DNA of 64,000 nt from Octopus sinensis (GCF_006345805.1 NC_042997.1:111972001-112036000); one strand, 5' to 3'; positions 11,370 to 25,175 are shown, counted from the first letter of the stretch. Numbers and translations: made by a program. Notes: generated by a model from the letters alone, not told the origin.

Positions 11370-11735
11370 TTTGCATGTCTAGACAGGCGCATGTATAGGA
11401 CATGCGCACGCATACTTAAATGATAAACTGAAAAGTTTTACTAATTTTTACAGTTCCACTGATGGTTTGGATGTGTAGTCTTCCAATCAACTTTTTCCTT
11501 CCTGGTTTTGAGAAGTCTAATTTCTCAAGATTGGTATTTAGGCAGTGTGTTACATATCCCAGTACGCCAATAATTACAGGTATAAACCTGAGCTTGTAAT
11601 CTGCATAAAGTAACTGCAGATTTCTCAACAGTTTAGCATAGGGAGTTTTCTTTTTCGCTGATCTTTAGCTTTATGTTATCATCCGCTGGGCAGCGGATTT
11701 CTATGACTGTACACTGTTTCTCTTCTCTGTCTCAA
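11370..11735 (-). mobile_element. RLE-type LINE 3' end (NeSL/R4-like)
   Basis: TVIEIRCPADDN...LLRNLQLLYADYKLRFIPVIIGVLGYV...GTVKISKTF; paralogue at 53495-53755. Confidence 0.75.
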
Positions 11736-12329
11736 ATCAGTATGTCATATCTATGTTTATATCTTATTTTATTGGGGATTTCACTGGGATATGTATGTAT
11801 GTATGTCAAAGGCAGAAATTTTTGATTTATTGGCATTATCTTCACTTCCAGAGAAGGTAGGTTAATTGCTTGGTGGCAATTGGTATAAACTCAAAATGGA
11901 AAGGGAAGATAATTTCAAAAATAAAGAGTTTCTTCAAAATTAACTTGCCATTATGGAAAAGACACTCTGCCTGAAGATAAAAGAAGAGCTGTATGTGTTT
12001 CTGTCCCAACAAGCGTTATCGGCGTCTCAAGTGTCTTAGGTTATCTTCTGCAAACGAGAGATATATATACATAAAAGCGTAAACGACATCGCCTCGGTAT
12101 TTTGCACACATACACACGTATACATATGCAAACACACACATACATACACATGTGTACACACCTATACACACATAGACGTACAATCCTATATACATACACA
12201 TCGCTACGTTGCTGTCTGAGAGTACAACACACATCTATCCATCCATACATACATACATCTATACATACACACATCAGCACACGCCTACAGTGAGAGCGAC
12301 GCACAGACAGAATGTGTGGCTGTTTGCAT

Positions 12330-12366
12330 GTCTGAGTGGTGTGTGTGTGTGTGTGTGCGTGTGTGT

Positions 12367-12459
<93 letters not shown>

Positions 12460-12981
12460 AAATGTGCTCCTTATTCACGTGTCACCCGCCATAGAGATAC
12501 AATATGGCTACGTCTAACGAAATACTTCCTGATGTAGTCCCCCTCACTCTTATTATCATCATTTACTGCGACAAGTCCAATATCAAACGAGTTGTAAATT
12601 TCACATTACGTAATATTATCGTCTGCCATCTGGTTTGGCAGTGTTTGCCTTTTTTAACCCCAAGAATCTCTAAAAATCTCCATGGTCAACGTATTGCGTA
12701 TATATGTGTGCGTGTTTGTGTGTGTGTGTGTATGTGTGTGTATGCGTGTGCATACATATGTGTGTGTGTATGTGTGTGTGTATGCGTGTGCATACACGTG
12801 TGTGTGCACATCTGAGCATACGTGTGTGTATATGTGCAAGTGAGTGCCACGTGTTTCTGTTTGTATGTGTGCGTGTTTGTGTGAGTGTTTGCTATATAAT
12901 GCAAGTGTGGTATGCACGTATATGTATGTGTTGTGCGTATGTATAAGTGTATGCGTATATATAACTATATATATATATATA

Positions 12982-13022
<41 letters not shown>

Positions 13023-13280
13023 AACGTCCGTCTGTATGCATATATGTGCGCGTGCGCGCGAATGTACGTGTGTGTGTGTGTCTGCGTCCTGCGTATGTGG
13101 GTGTCACGTGTGTGAGATGATGTCTGTGTGTCCTAAGTGTGTAATATGTTTGTGCTGTTGTGATGATATATGTGTGTGTGGCTTCGATTGTGAGTGTGCA
13201 GTGTGTATACTGCTGCTGCTACTACTATCTGAGTGTGTGTGTGTATATATATAAATTTATATATATGTGTGTGTGTGTAA
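12330..13280. repeat. Compound (TG)n/(TA)n microsatellite field
   Basis: Long pure and degenerate dinucleotide runs. Confidence 0.9.
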
Positions 13281-13404
13281 TTGTTTGTGATGTGTCAAGT
13301 GTGCCGGGCGAAAATGCGGGAATTTTCACGTTTTGGGGAAAACTTGATAGCCTTCTCCACTTCACTCTCTTTCCTTTCCTCCCTTTCTCTCTCCTCTCGT
13401 TCCC

Positions 13405-13568
13405 ACTATCTATCTATCTATCTATTTACCTACCTGTCTGTCTATCTATCTATCTGACTGTCTATCTATCTATCTATCCATCCATCTATTTATCCATCAT
13501 CTATCTATCTATCTGTCTGTCTGTCTATCTGTTTGTCGGCATGTCTCTCTCTCTATCTATCAATTTAG

Positions 13569-13614
<46 letters not shown>

Positions 13615-13621
13615 ATCTGTC

Positions 13622-13696
<75 letters not shown>

Positions 13697-13700
13697 GTCC
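13405..13700. repeat. (TCTA)n/(TCTG)n tetranucleotide microsatellite
   Basis: Visible; flanked by an imperfect direct repeat TTCACGTTTT..GGAAAACTTGAT at ~13325 and ~13762. Confidence 0.95.
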
Positions 13701-13848
13701 ACATGTGTGTGTGTATCTACGTGTTTTTTGATGTGGTATTTTAACCAAGTCGTTGGAAATCTTCACGTTTTTCTTTGGAAAACTTGATCTATATCTTAAT
13801 CGCTCTTAGATTTAAATTAGAGTATGTTGAGTGTGTTTGTGTGTGTGT

Positions 13849-13898
<50 letters not shown>

Positions 13899-14134
13899 TG
13901 TGTGTGCGCGCGCGCTCATGAGTATGTATATAAATGAATGTTTGTGTATGTATGTGTATGTGTTTGACACGTCTATGTTCCATATTCTCGGCTGGTGTTA
14001 ATAAATGGCGGTTATGCCTCAGCGTGTCGTTAGGAATGGCTATATATCTGTCAGTCAACACAAAGCTTGGTCCACTGTAGCAAAGGTATAAATACATTCA
14101 TACATACATACATACATACATATATGTATGTGTG

Positions 14135-14181
<47 letters not shown>

Positions 14182-14291
14182 ATATATATGTATGTGTGTA
14201 TGTATGTATGTATGTATGTATGTATAAATATATATAACGACGGATTTATCATATACAGTTTTGTTTTTTGTTATAAGAGACAGCAGTTATG

Positions 14292-14348
<57 letters not shown>

Positions 14349-14629
14349 GCATTCGTACGCTCAGTATATATTTACACACATTCAACTCGATTGCAGCCTG
14401 CCTAAGCACCGCCGACATCTCCATAGCGATCCTACGAGGTGCCGGTGTCTCTACGTGGTCGACCGGTGTGCTAGAAATAACAGCCAAATCTCTCAAATCA
14501 CCCCCTCCCCTCCTCCCTCTCTTGTGTCGCTTGAACATGCTCTATTTTAAAAATACGGATGTTTGGAATGCTTTCTCATTCATAGACTTGCAGAAGCAGG
14601 GGGCGACCTGGGGTTAAAAGACAACGCCA

Positions 14630-14728
14630 TTACTAATGCTGACGACTGCTGCTACCGCTGCTGCTGCTGCTGCTACTGCTGCTTCTGTTGCTACTGCCGT
14701 GGAGGTTAAAACTACAGTTTTGCTAGAA

Positions 14729-14771
<43 letters not shown>

Positions 14772-14845
14772 CAACGACGACGACGACGATGATAATGATG
14801 GTGGTGGTGGCGGCGGCGGGGTGGAGGTGGTGATGATGATGATTG
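14630..14845. repeat. Compound trinucleotide tract (GCT)n/(GAT)n/(GAC)n/(GGT)n
   Basis: Visible; no long ORF. Confidence 0.9.
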
Positions 14846-15394
14846 ATAAAACAATATTTATGTCTAATTTGCCGAACGACATTAAGTAAAATCAAGTCCT
14901 AGAAGAATGAAATAGATAATTAATGAGGGAATGCGTGTGTATGTGCGTGAATAGACAGACACTTTCACAAACATACATATAACATATATAGGCACACACA
15001 TTAACACATACCGTCATACATATACATACATACAGACACACACACACAAGTACATACACATAGAAACACAGACACGTTTGTTTTGCAGTGATGACGATGT
15101 AACATGAAAGTATATGAAACCAATGGTACGGAACTGTAATCTTTAGTCATCTCTCCTGAGCTTTTGAATCCGTGTCTGAGAGTGAACGAGTATAATATGT
15201 CTTAAACAATGCTATATACTTCCTCATTAACGTTTCCTATAAATATACGTTTCATAAATGACATTTAAAATCATATTGTCGAATATTACAGATTAGAGTT
15301 GTTTGGGAAAGATGTTAAATAAATGTGCATGCCACAATTCGCTGCTGAAATGTTTAGTAACAAAATTTCCACTTTTTTAAAAATAAGTATTTTA

Positions 15395-15800
15395 GTCTTA
15401 TCATTTACTTGCTTCAGTCACTGGACAGCAGCCATGTTGGGGCCGCCGTCTTTGAAGGTTTAGTCGAATAAATCAACCACAGTGCTTACTGCTTTTTTAG
15501 AACCTAGTTCTTATTCTATTCTACTCTTCGTTGAACTGCTAAGTTACGGAAACGTAAGCAAACCAGCATCGGTTGTCAGGTGGTGAGGAGGAGAGAAATA
15601 CGTATATAAACTTACACAAATACATAGATACATGTGCGTACACGTACACGATGGGCTTCTTTCGGTTTACGTCTTCCAAATCCACTCACAAGGTTTAAGT
15701 CGACCCGGAGCTATAGCAGAAGACACTTGCACAAGGTGTCACTCAGTGGACCTGAACCCGGAATCATGTGGTTGGAAGCAAACTTCTTGCCACACAGCTA
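15395..15800 (-). mobile_element. SINE S2, full length with short central spacer
   Basis: Head (AAGTTTGCTTCCAACCACATGATTCCGGGTTCAG) and tail both present in reverse complement. Confidence 0.75.
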
Positions 15801-16155
15801 CGAGAAAGAGGTCATTAAGATGTCGGATATATTTTATTTATGATGAGATTAAGTAAAACACCTCATCTAAATTATTTGAAATATCTCGCGACAACATAAC
15901 GATCCAACATTATTAATACAAAAGTACATTGTCATATCCATTTCTCGAGCCATTGTCGCTTACAAAACCAGTCTCTCTGCTATCAGTGTCGTTATAACAC
16001 ATACAACGCTTAATACCATAGCAACAAATAATTATTCTCTCTATCTGGTTTCGTCTCCTATACTTTATAAACTCTACAACAGACATGCTCCCAGCCAACA
16101 ACTTTTCCGCCGTCATTGCTACTGTCGCCAACATAACGTCACATTTATCACAAAA

Positions 16156-16526
16156 CTAGCAGTATCGCCCGGCGTTGCTCAGGTTTGTAAGGGAAATAAC
16201 TATAAAGCATTTTTAGAGAGTTATAGCAAAAAAATGGAAAAAAAATGATGGTAAATTTTTTTTAAGAGTTAAAAAAGGTGGAGTTGCGTCCCGTAGACGG
16301 TCTGTGGTTTGAGTTTCTGATTCTCGACCCCATGTCGAATTTATCGATTTTTTTCAGAACTGGGGGAACTTTTCAAAATTTTCGCTGCGTTAGTTTTGAA
16401 TTATGACATTGGGCTATGTGTGTGTCAAGTTTCATCAGAATCGGTTGAAAGCCGTGGTCAGAGTGAGGGTACGAGAAAACAGACACAGAAAACGCACAGA
16501 CAAACTGCCGTTTATATAGAGAGAGA
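16156..16526 (-). mobile_element. Short non-autonomous Helitron
   Basis: A|TCTCTCTCTATATAAACGGC start at 16526, CCTGAGCAACGCCGGG hairpin + CTGCTAG|T end; 5' ~260 bp shared with 8056-8321. Confidence 0.9.
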
Positions 16527-16689
16527 TATAGCAGGTTCATTTCGCTTTTAAATTCTTAAGGATGATTCAAATTGTTCTGACATTGTAAAAGTATTTAAAA
16601 AATGGGGGCTTCTGGGATTTTCCTTCAAACTCTCTGCTTCCCATTCTTTCCCACATTAAAAATTTTTTTTTCAATTGCTCTTTTCTTTA

Positions 16690-16698
16690 TGATTATTG

Positions 16699-16730
<32 letters not shown>

Positions 16731-17345
16731 GGCGATGGCAATAGTGGTAGGAGTGACGGTGGTGGCGTTGGTGTTTGTGGTAGTAGTGGCATAGCGATAG
16801 TGGTGTTGAAGGTAGTGATGGTGATGGTGGTGATAAAGAAGGCGGTGATGGTGGTGATAAAGAAGGCGGCGATGGTTGTAGTGGTAGTAGCGCCATTAGT
16901 AGTGGCAGTTGTTTAGCCCCAGGTGAGAACTGATCAAGCAGATTGATGGCGAAAGGCTGTCTAGCCGTAACCATTCAGTCTTTCTCCAATGTTCAGACAA
17001 CTCAGGAACACGTTGTCCATTAAATCCTCCCTTAAAACGGCAAGAGTAAGGTCTAAGGAAGATTTCACTGTTATTTCTAGCAATTCGAGCAACCACGTAA
17101 GACTCCCTTCGTTGGCTCGCTGTAACAATTGGTGGTGGTGGTGGTATTTTATTCACGATAGTAGTGGTAGTCGTGGTGGTTGTGACGGCGGCGGCATGTT
17201 GTTGATGATAGTGGTGGACGTGGTGGGGGTGAATTAATGTTCGTGATGGTGGTGGTGGCAATGGTGACGGTGATGTGTTGTTGTTCGTGATGGTTGAGGC
17301 GGTGCAGAATAGCTGCTGCTTATGTTCTTATTGTTGCTGTTGTTG
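16690..17345. repeat. Degenerate GT/GA-rich trinucleotide low-complexity region enclosing a dispersed-repeat fragment (17040-17110, minus)
   Basis: The minus-strand TACGTGGT..TGCTAGAAATAACAG..AAATCT motif matches 14455-14505 on the plus strand. Confidence 0.75.
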
Positions 17346-17724
17346 TGATACCTTCTGTACAAAACGAATAAGTATTCGCATAAATAAAATGGCGCCGCTT
17401 CGATACTGAGCAGCAGAAAGTGAGTCGGCAATTTTCCAGCATTAAATCGTTTTACTGACTGCTTGTCCTTGCCAACATCTCTCTCTCACTCTTCCTCCCT
17501 CCCTCTCTCTCTCTTTCATTATCTCTCTCTTTCTCCCTTCACCACGTTTTACCTCGTGGTTAGTTTAATAACTAGTACACTGACTCAACTACATACTTTT
17601 ATCTGCTCAAGCCGATCGGCAATGTTCGGCTGTTTCCGCCGACAATATATACGTCATCGTACGTCATCATAAAAACAAAAAACAAACAAAAGATAAATTC
17701 TAATGGAAAATAAGTAAAGGCGAC

Positions 17725-17822
17725 AATAACAACAACAACAACAGCAGCAGCAGCAGCAACAACAACAACAACGGCAGCAGCAGCAGCAGCAGCAACAACA
17801 ACAACAGCAGCAGCAACAACGA
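17725..17822. repeat. Mixed (CAA)/(CAG) trinucleotide tract
   Basis: Visible; bounded by stops in the poly-Q frame. Confidence 0.9.
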
Positions 17823-18104
17823 TACAATACTAAGTGTTGAAATAACATGGTGAACCACCGAGTTTGTCACTCGCCTTTATTCTTTTTCTTATTGGTCACC
17901 TCGAATTATATATTATCGTTATTATAACTTAACGTCCCGTTCAGATAATAAGTATTATATTACTTTACAATACATGTCTTCACATCAGTTGCGACCGAGC
18001 TATTATCACAAATTTGCAATATCCTTTGTGGCATTTATAGTTGTTAGTCTTTCACTCAGTTGCAAAGTTGTAAGCATCTGGACTTTGAAATCCGAATCAA
18101 AAAT

Positions 18105-18928
18105 GGAATCAAAACAGGCACAAAGTATGGCTTTGTGGTTAAAAAGTTTGCTTCCCAGCCACATGGTTCCGAGTACAGTCCTACTGCGTGGCTCCTTGGG
18201 CAAGAACTTTTTGCTCTAGCCCCCGGGCCGACCAAAGCCTTGTGTGTGAATTTGGCAGACGTGTGTGTGTGTGTGTGTAACCTTGATGACTCGGGTATTC
18301 AGTCAACCATTTGCGAGTATGCACAATTGGGTACAAATCCGTGTTTAATTTCGTGAGGACGTATTTGCCCTTATAAATTGTTCGTACAAGACAGTGCTAT
18401 CACCGACCTGACCTTGGTGCTTTCACTCTTTAAGTACTTGGTTCTCTTGAATCCTGGAATTTAAAAAAAAATATTTATATAATAGGCGCAGTGTAGTATG
18501 AAGTTTGCTTCCCAACTACGTGGGTCCGAGTTCAGTCCCACTGCGTGGCAGTTTGGACAAGTGGCTTTTACTATAGCCTCGGATCGACCAAAGCTTTGTG
18601 AGTGGATTTGATTGAGGGAAACTGAACGAAGCCTGAGGCTTTACGAGAAGGGACTTTCCCAAAACAGATGTCACATAGTGGGGCTGAAACAGGAACCATG
18701 TGGTTGGGAAGCAAGATTCTTACCACACAGCCACGCCTGCACCTAACAGAAACAAGGGCAAGAGTATAGCAGAATCGGTAGGGTTCAAATCTCATCGAAG
18801 TCAACTTCGCCTTTCATCTTTTCGTGGTCGATAAAAATAAAGTACCAGACAAGTACTGGAGGCTATGATATTGACTAATCCCTACCTCGTCTCAAAAGTG
18901 CTGGCCTTGTGCTGAAATTTAAAACCCT
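18105..18928. mobile_element. Cluster of SINE fragments: S2 heads (18105-18262 +, 18483-18645 +, 18630-18742 -) and S1 core (18762-18928 +)
   Basis: AAGTTTGCTTCCCA.CCAC.TGGTTCC head motif x3; GTCAACTTCGCCTTTCATC core. Confidence 0.75.
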
Positions 18929-19029
18929 TTACAGGTAGCGAAATGGCAGAATCATTAACGTATCGGAAACAATACCGTGCGGCATTTCTTCTGTCTTTTG
19001 AGGTTTCCAGTTCAAGTCCTGCTGAGTTC

Positions 19030-19284
19030 AACCCTAAATCTTAACCCCTAACCTTTGATCATAACCATAACTCTAAACCGTATACCTAAACCCTAACTGC
19101 TAACCCCTAACTGTAAATCTAACCCTAAAACCTAACTCCTTACCCTAACTCAAAATCGTAACTGAAAACTGAAGCACTAACTCTTAACTCTAAATCCTAA
19201 ACCTAACCCTAAATTCTAACAATAAGCGCTAGCCCTTGACCGGAACCTTAACCACAAGCTGTAAATTCTAACCCCAAACCTAGC
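19030..19284 (+). repeat. Degenerate telomere-like (CCCTAA)n interstitial array
   Basis: Repeated ACCCTAA/CCTAAC/CTCTAA variants over ~250 bp. Confidence 0.8.
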
Positions 19285-19472
19285 TTTTTTTTAAATATTG
19301 CATACTTATGCAAGAGTATAGGAATCATTTAACTTTTCTTCCTCCCATTTTGAAAAACTTTCTCTTTCGGAGTTGAAACTCGGAACGCATTGAGGCGGAG
19401 GACATTTCTTCTTTCTCTTCTTTCTTTAACTTTCGACGCACTAACAATTCTGCCACTCCACTACAAATGGCA

Positions 19473-19670
19473 CAAGGCCTGAGATTTTAGCAGAGGAGGA
19501 GATAAGTCGATTACATGGACCCCAGTGCTCAACTGGTACTTATTTTATCGATCCAGAAAGGATGGAAGGTAAAGTCAACCTCGGCGGAATTTGAATTCAG
19601 AACGTAAAGACGGACGAAATGTCGCTAAACATTTTGCCCGGCTTGCTAACGATTCTGCCAGCTCGCCGCC
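19473..19670 (-). mobile_element. SINE S1 copy
   Basis: Reverse complement of the S1 head and core. Confidence 0.85.
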
Positions 19671-19703
<33 letters not shown>

Positions 19704-19706
<3 letters not shown>

Positions 19707-20258
19707 GCCCTGATGCAGTACCAGGCAGTGGCTCTCATGGCTTCTGATCTTAACTGATTGGAAGTGTTATCATGTACATTGTTTTGTCTTGGTATAAAAG
19801 ATGGGCTACAGCAAATATTCTGCTCAATACCACAGATTTGGTTGTCAGTTGTTTGACCTTAACCAGTTGAGCATGTCCCTTAGTGGCTGACGATATGTGC
19901 ATCTCTGATCACGAGCAGAAGTAGTGGGGGAGCATCATAGCCATGTGTGAGAAGGATTCTTTGGGGTTGAATAATTCACCTCTGGAAACATGGGGTGTTC
20001 GTTCAACGTCCTTAAACAACCCTTATTCAGGGACCTTTTGAGCGGGATGGGTTACTCGATCTGAAGAAAATTCTAACTGGGCTCCACCTGCAAGGTCATG
20101 TGCTGTTTATCTTGATATGAGATCACCATGTCGCGCACATATGGTTGTGATGCATGTGCCTGGTGTACCCTTATCAGACGGGTAGTCATGATGGGTATAC
20201 TGGGCTTTTATATTTTACCCCAGTGTCACTTTGATGGCATGCTCTGCTCGCTCACTCA
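19704..20258. mobile_element. Probable interspersed repeat inserted in an (AAT)n tract
   Basis: Sharp GC-richer 555-bp block flanked by (AAT)n on both sides; only one copy in the window, so the class is unassigned. Confidence 0.45.
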
Positions 20259-20291
20259 ATAATAATAATAATAATAGTAGTAGTAGTAGTG

Positions 20292-20360
<69 letters not shown>

Positions 20361-20391
20361 ATAATAATAATTATTATTATTTTAAAAGAGG

Positions 20392-21170
20392 CCGAGAGCA
20401 CTATACTGGTAGCGCAAGACCAAGCTTTGGCCTCAAACTGGAGGGTCAACCTGAGGAATGAGCAAGTGTCTCCGCTGTGCCGCATCTGAAATAGAGTTGA
20501 TGAAACAATTGGCCATATCACAAACGAATGCCCTTGACTTGCCCCAAACCACTACAAGTTGTGGCGACACTATCAGGTAGCAAAAGTGCTATACTTGAAA
20601 CTGTGCTAAAAGTGGCGGCTAGAGAGAGGCATGTGGTATGAGCACAAACCGCAAAAAGTGGCGTGTGGTATGAGCACAAACCGTAAAGAGTGGCGGAGTC
20701 GAAGACTAGCAAAGTCCTCTGGGATTTCTCAATCCAAACAGATCAAGAGCTAGAGTATAACAGACCGGGCCTAGTGGTGGTGGACAAGAAGCACCACACA
20801 CACTATATAGTTGAAGTTGCATGTCCCTTTGAATCACGAATAGTTAAGAAGGAAGGCGAAAAGGTGGATAAATACAACCCACTTAAGAACGAAATAGCCT
20901 GGCTATGGAAAATGAAGAAGGTGAAGATAGTGCCAATTATTGTTGGGTCCTTGGGAACAGTATCAGAAGGCGTCAAGGGGAATATAAAGAATAGAATTGT
21001 TACAAAAGGGTTGCCTCCTTGGCACGGCCAGAATAATCAGGAAAGTATTAAATGACTGAAAAGAATGGATAGCAAGGTACCGTAGGCTGGAGGTAGCGAG
21101 CTCGCTGGGCATGTAAGATTCCAGGAGTTCCAACAAAACCTGTGATAAAGAGAAAATAATAATAATGATC
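20392..21170 (+). mobile_element. R4/Dong-like (RLE) LINE 3' end
   Basis: Degenerate zinc-knuckle region, then KVLWDFSIQTD...NRPGLVVVDKK...EVACPF...KEGEKVDKY..LKNEIAWLWKMKKV..VPIIVGSLG; flanked by (TAA)n on both sides; internal 32-bp tandem duplication 20629-20692. Confidence 0.8.
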
Positions 21171-21171
21171 C

Positions 21172-21340
21172 TTTCTACTAAAGGCACAAGGCCTGAAATT
21201 TTGTAGGGAGGGGACTAGTTGATTTCATCGATCTCAGTGTTTCACTGATATTTGATTTACCGACCTCGGAAGGATGAAAGGTGAAGTCAACCTTGGTGGC
21301 ATTCGAACTCAGAACATAAAGACGGACGAAATGTCGCTAA
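21172..21340 (-). mobile_element. SINE S1 copy
   Basis: Reverse complement of the S1 core and 3' end. Confidence 0.75.
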
Positions 21341-21343
21341 GCT

Positions 21344-22203
<860 letters not shown>

Positions 22204-22628
22204 TTAAGCATTTTACCCGGCCTGCTAACGATTCTGCCAACTCGCCACTTTTCATAATGATTTCAAATTTTGGCACAAGGGCACCATTTCCGGAGGTCGG
22301 GGTAAATCAACTACATCGACTCCAGTGGTTAACTGGTACTTATTTTATCGACCTCGAAAGGATGAAACCAAAGTTGATTCGAGCGGGAAGTAATGCCGCA
22401 AATCATTTTGTCCGATGCTCTAACGGTTCTGTCGGGTCACCTGAATATAAATTAAAACATATGCAACATATTTATCCACATAAATCTTTACTGCAGCTGT
22501 TCAACAGAATTTAACAAGAATCTGCTTAGATTATCGTAAAGCTGTGCATCGTATGTCATATAGAAATGATTTTTTAGAATTTTAATTCTTCGCTTGATAC
22601 TTGTGAGACAGTGACGATGTTATATTTA

Positions 22629-23137
22629 TTGGGTCATCCCATAATGCGGTATTTTAATACTTTTTTTATTTTCCAAAATTAAGGTAAGCAAAGTTCTTTT
22701 TTCATCTAAAATATACTCTCCTTCATTTTCTACAATGCTCTTCCATCTATCTTGTAGAGTTGCAAGGCACCTCTTCCAAAATTCACTTGTCCGTGATGAA
22801 AATTACTCCTGTTCTGTAGAATTCATATTTTTTCTGTCCAAATGATTTTGAAGATTGCAGAATAAATAATAATCAGATGGGACAATGTCCAGTATTGGAA
22901 TGTCATGCTTGCTGTATGTGGCTGAGCATTATCCTGATGGAAGAACATTTTCTGTCTTCAAACCAAAGATGGTCGTTTTTCTTCTAGCGCTGACTTAATC
23001 CGCTCCATTGGCTCACAGAAGATCTCCTTTGTTATCGTTTAGTTCTGGTTTTAAAAGTTCAGAATGGACTAAACCTTTCATATACCACCAAACAGACAAC
23101 AACACCTTATTGCATGGGTGAAGACCTTCTTTAGCCG
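22629..23137 (-). pseudogene. mariner (DD34D-type) transposase 3' relic with one terminal inverted repeat
   Basis: KVLLSVWWYMKGLVHSELL, FHQDNAQPHTA, PSDYYLF.NLQNHL, WKSIVENEGEYI; TA|TTGGGTCATCCC end at 22629. Confidence 0.8.
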
Positions 23138-23139
23138 AG

Positions 23140-23300
23140 GGTGCCGGTGTTGGTGTATTTATGACCGCGTAACCTAGCATTTCGGCAAAAGACACCGATA
23201 AAATAAGTACTAGGCTTACAAAGTATGAGTCCTGGGGTCGATCTGTTCGACTAAAGGTAGTGCTCCAGCATGGCCGCAGTCAAATGAAAGAAACAAATAA
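23140..23300 (+). mobile_element. SINE S2 tail
   Basis: Matches the S2 3' half. Confidence 0.8.
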
Positions 23301-23454
23301 AAGAATAAAAGACTGCGCTGCAGAAATTGGATTGCGTCTGATAATATATATCCATGTCTTTTATGCCATCAGATACGTTATCAAGAAATATGGCTTACAT
23401 CCAATAATTATAATTTATCTGTTGCTTTTTACTTGTTTCAGTCATTTAAATTTA

Positions 23455-24575
23455 GCAGTGTAGTTAAGAATCACGTGGATGCGGGTTCAATTCCGTTGTG
23501 CGGCACCTTGGACGAATGTCTCCTGCTTATAACTTCGGACTGACCAATGCCTCATTGTGAGCAGAGTTGGTAGACTGAAGCTGTGTGCGAGCCTGTCATG
23601 TATGTATGTATGTATGTATGTATGTATGTATGTATGTATGTATGTATGTATGTATGTATGTGTGTGTATGTATGTATGTATGTATGTGTGTGTGTATGTA
23701 TGTATGTATGTATGTATCTGTGTGTGTGTGTATGTATGTATGTATGTACGTACATACGTATGTATGTATGTATGTATGTACGTACGTACGTATGTATGTA
23801 TGTATGTATGTATGTATGTATGTATGTATGTATGTGTATGAATGTATGTATGTATGAATGTATGTATGTATGTATGTATGTATGCATGTATGAATATATG
23901 TATGTATGTATTTATGTATGTGTGTGTACGTATGTATGTATGTATGCATGCATATATGTATGTATGTATGTATGTGCATGCATGTATGTATGTATGTATG
24001 TATGTACGTAAGTATGTATGTATGCATGTATGTATGTACAAATGTATGTATGTATATATGTATGTATGCATGAATATATGCATGTATGCATGCATGCATT
24101 ATGTATGCATGAATGTATATATGTATTATGTATGTATGTACGTATGTATGTATGTACGTGCGTATGTATGAATGTATGTATGTATGTATGTATGTATGTA
24201 TGTATGTGTGTGTATGTATGTGTGTGTATGTATGTATGTATGTGTGTATGTATGTGTGTGTATGTATGTATGTGTGTATGTATGTATGTGTATGTATGTA
24301 TGTATGTAAGTATGTGTATGTGTATGTGTATGTGTATGTATGTGTATGTATGTATGTATGTATGTATGTATGTATGTGTGTATGTATGTATGTATTTGTG
24401 AGTGTACTCCGCCACCGCTTGACAAATTGTGTTGGTTTGTTTATGCCTCCGTGCGTTAGCGGTTCAAGCAAAGTGATCGATAGATAAAACTAAGTATTGA
24501 GCTCGATATATCCCCACAAGGCAGCGCACCCCACTCTCTCGCACAGCAGCAACTCAATGACTGAAACAAGAAAAG
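23455..24575 (+). mobile_element. SINE S2 with ~800-bp (TATG)n expansion in the centre
   Basis: Head 23455-23597, (TATG)n 23598-24395, diverged tail 24400-24575. Confidence 0.7.
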
Positions 24576-24894
24576 ATATTTGGAAAAAATTCCCTTAGAT
24601 TTCTGAAGTTGAAAAAGTTAGGTCAAATCATGAATTTGGCCAACGTAGGATCGAACTCAGAACATCTTCTCTTACACGTCATGTCTTAAATAACATAACT
24701 TATTCAACTGTCCTGAAAGAGCTGAATGTTACTCAACAACTCAAGTCACGTGCTTGGGTGTGTCGCGTGATGTATATGGGATTTCCCAAAATGCTAAGAA
24801 GAAAACAGGAAGAAAAAATTCCGAAAATTCTTTCAATGAAGTCAAGCAGGATTTTGAACTGTTCTGTTGATCAGCGTAGGAGTACAAGGTGGAT

Positions 24895-24956
24895 GGTAGT
24901 GGTGGTGGTGGTGGTGGTGGTGGTGGTGGTGGAGGTGGTGGTGATGGTTGTTGTTG

Positions 24957-24988
<32 letters not shown>

Positions 24989-25010
24989 GGTGGTGGTGGC
25001 GGCGGTGGTT
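24895..25010. repeat. (GGT)n/(GTT)n trinucleotide tract
   Basis: Visible. Confidence 0.95.
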
Positions 25011-25175
25011 TCGGCTATAACGGAGACACCGGTGGCGGCGACGACAGACAGAGTGGCCATCCTGGTCGAACCTGAGAAAATTCGTCCAGATTTCAACAAG
25101 ATAGCATTAATTTTATTTTCCAGCATCTTCGAGAGTTATTCAAGAAATCGATCGGTCGAAGTTTGTGGCGACAAC

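Noticed and set aside
11835-11862. TTCACTTCCAG|AGAAG|GTAGGT possible 5-nt microexon
   Set aside because: Not frame-preserving, no host gene context, and likely to occur by chance in 64 kb.
16896-17261. 121-aa minus ORF with a protein-like middle section
   Set aside because: The unique-looking core matches a dispersed repeat also found at ~14455-14505; the rest is trinucleotide low complexity.
17725-17822. Poly-glutamine-like CAA/CAG tract
   Set aside because: Stop codons closely flank it in the usable frames and there is no convincing splice context.
24842-25126. 94-aa minus ORF with poly-T/N/H runs
   Set aside because: Microsatellite-derived, with no recognisable domain or good splice donor.
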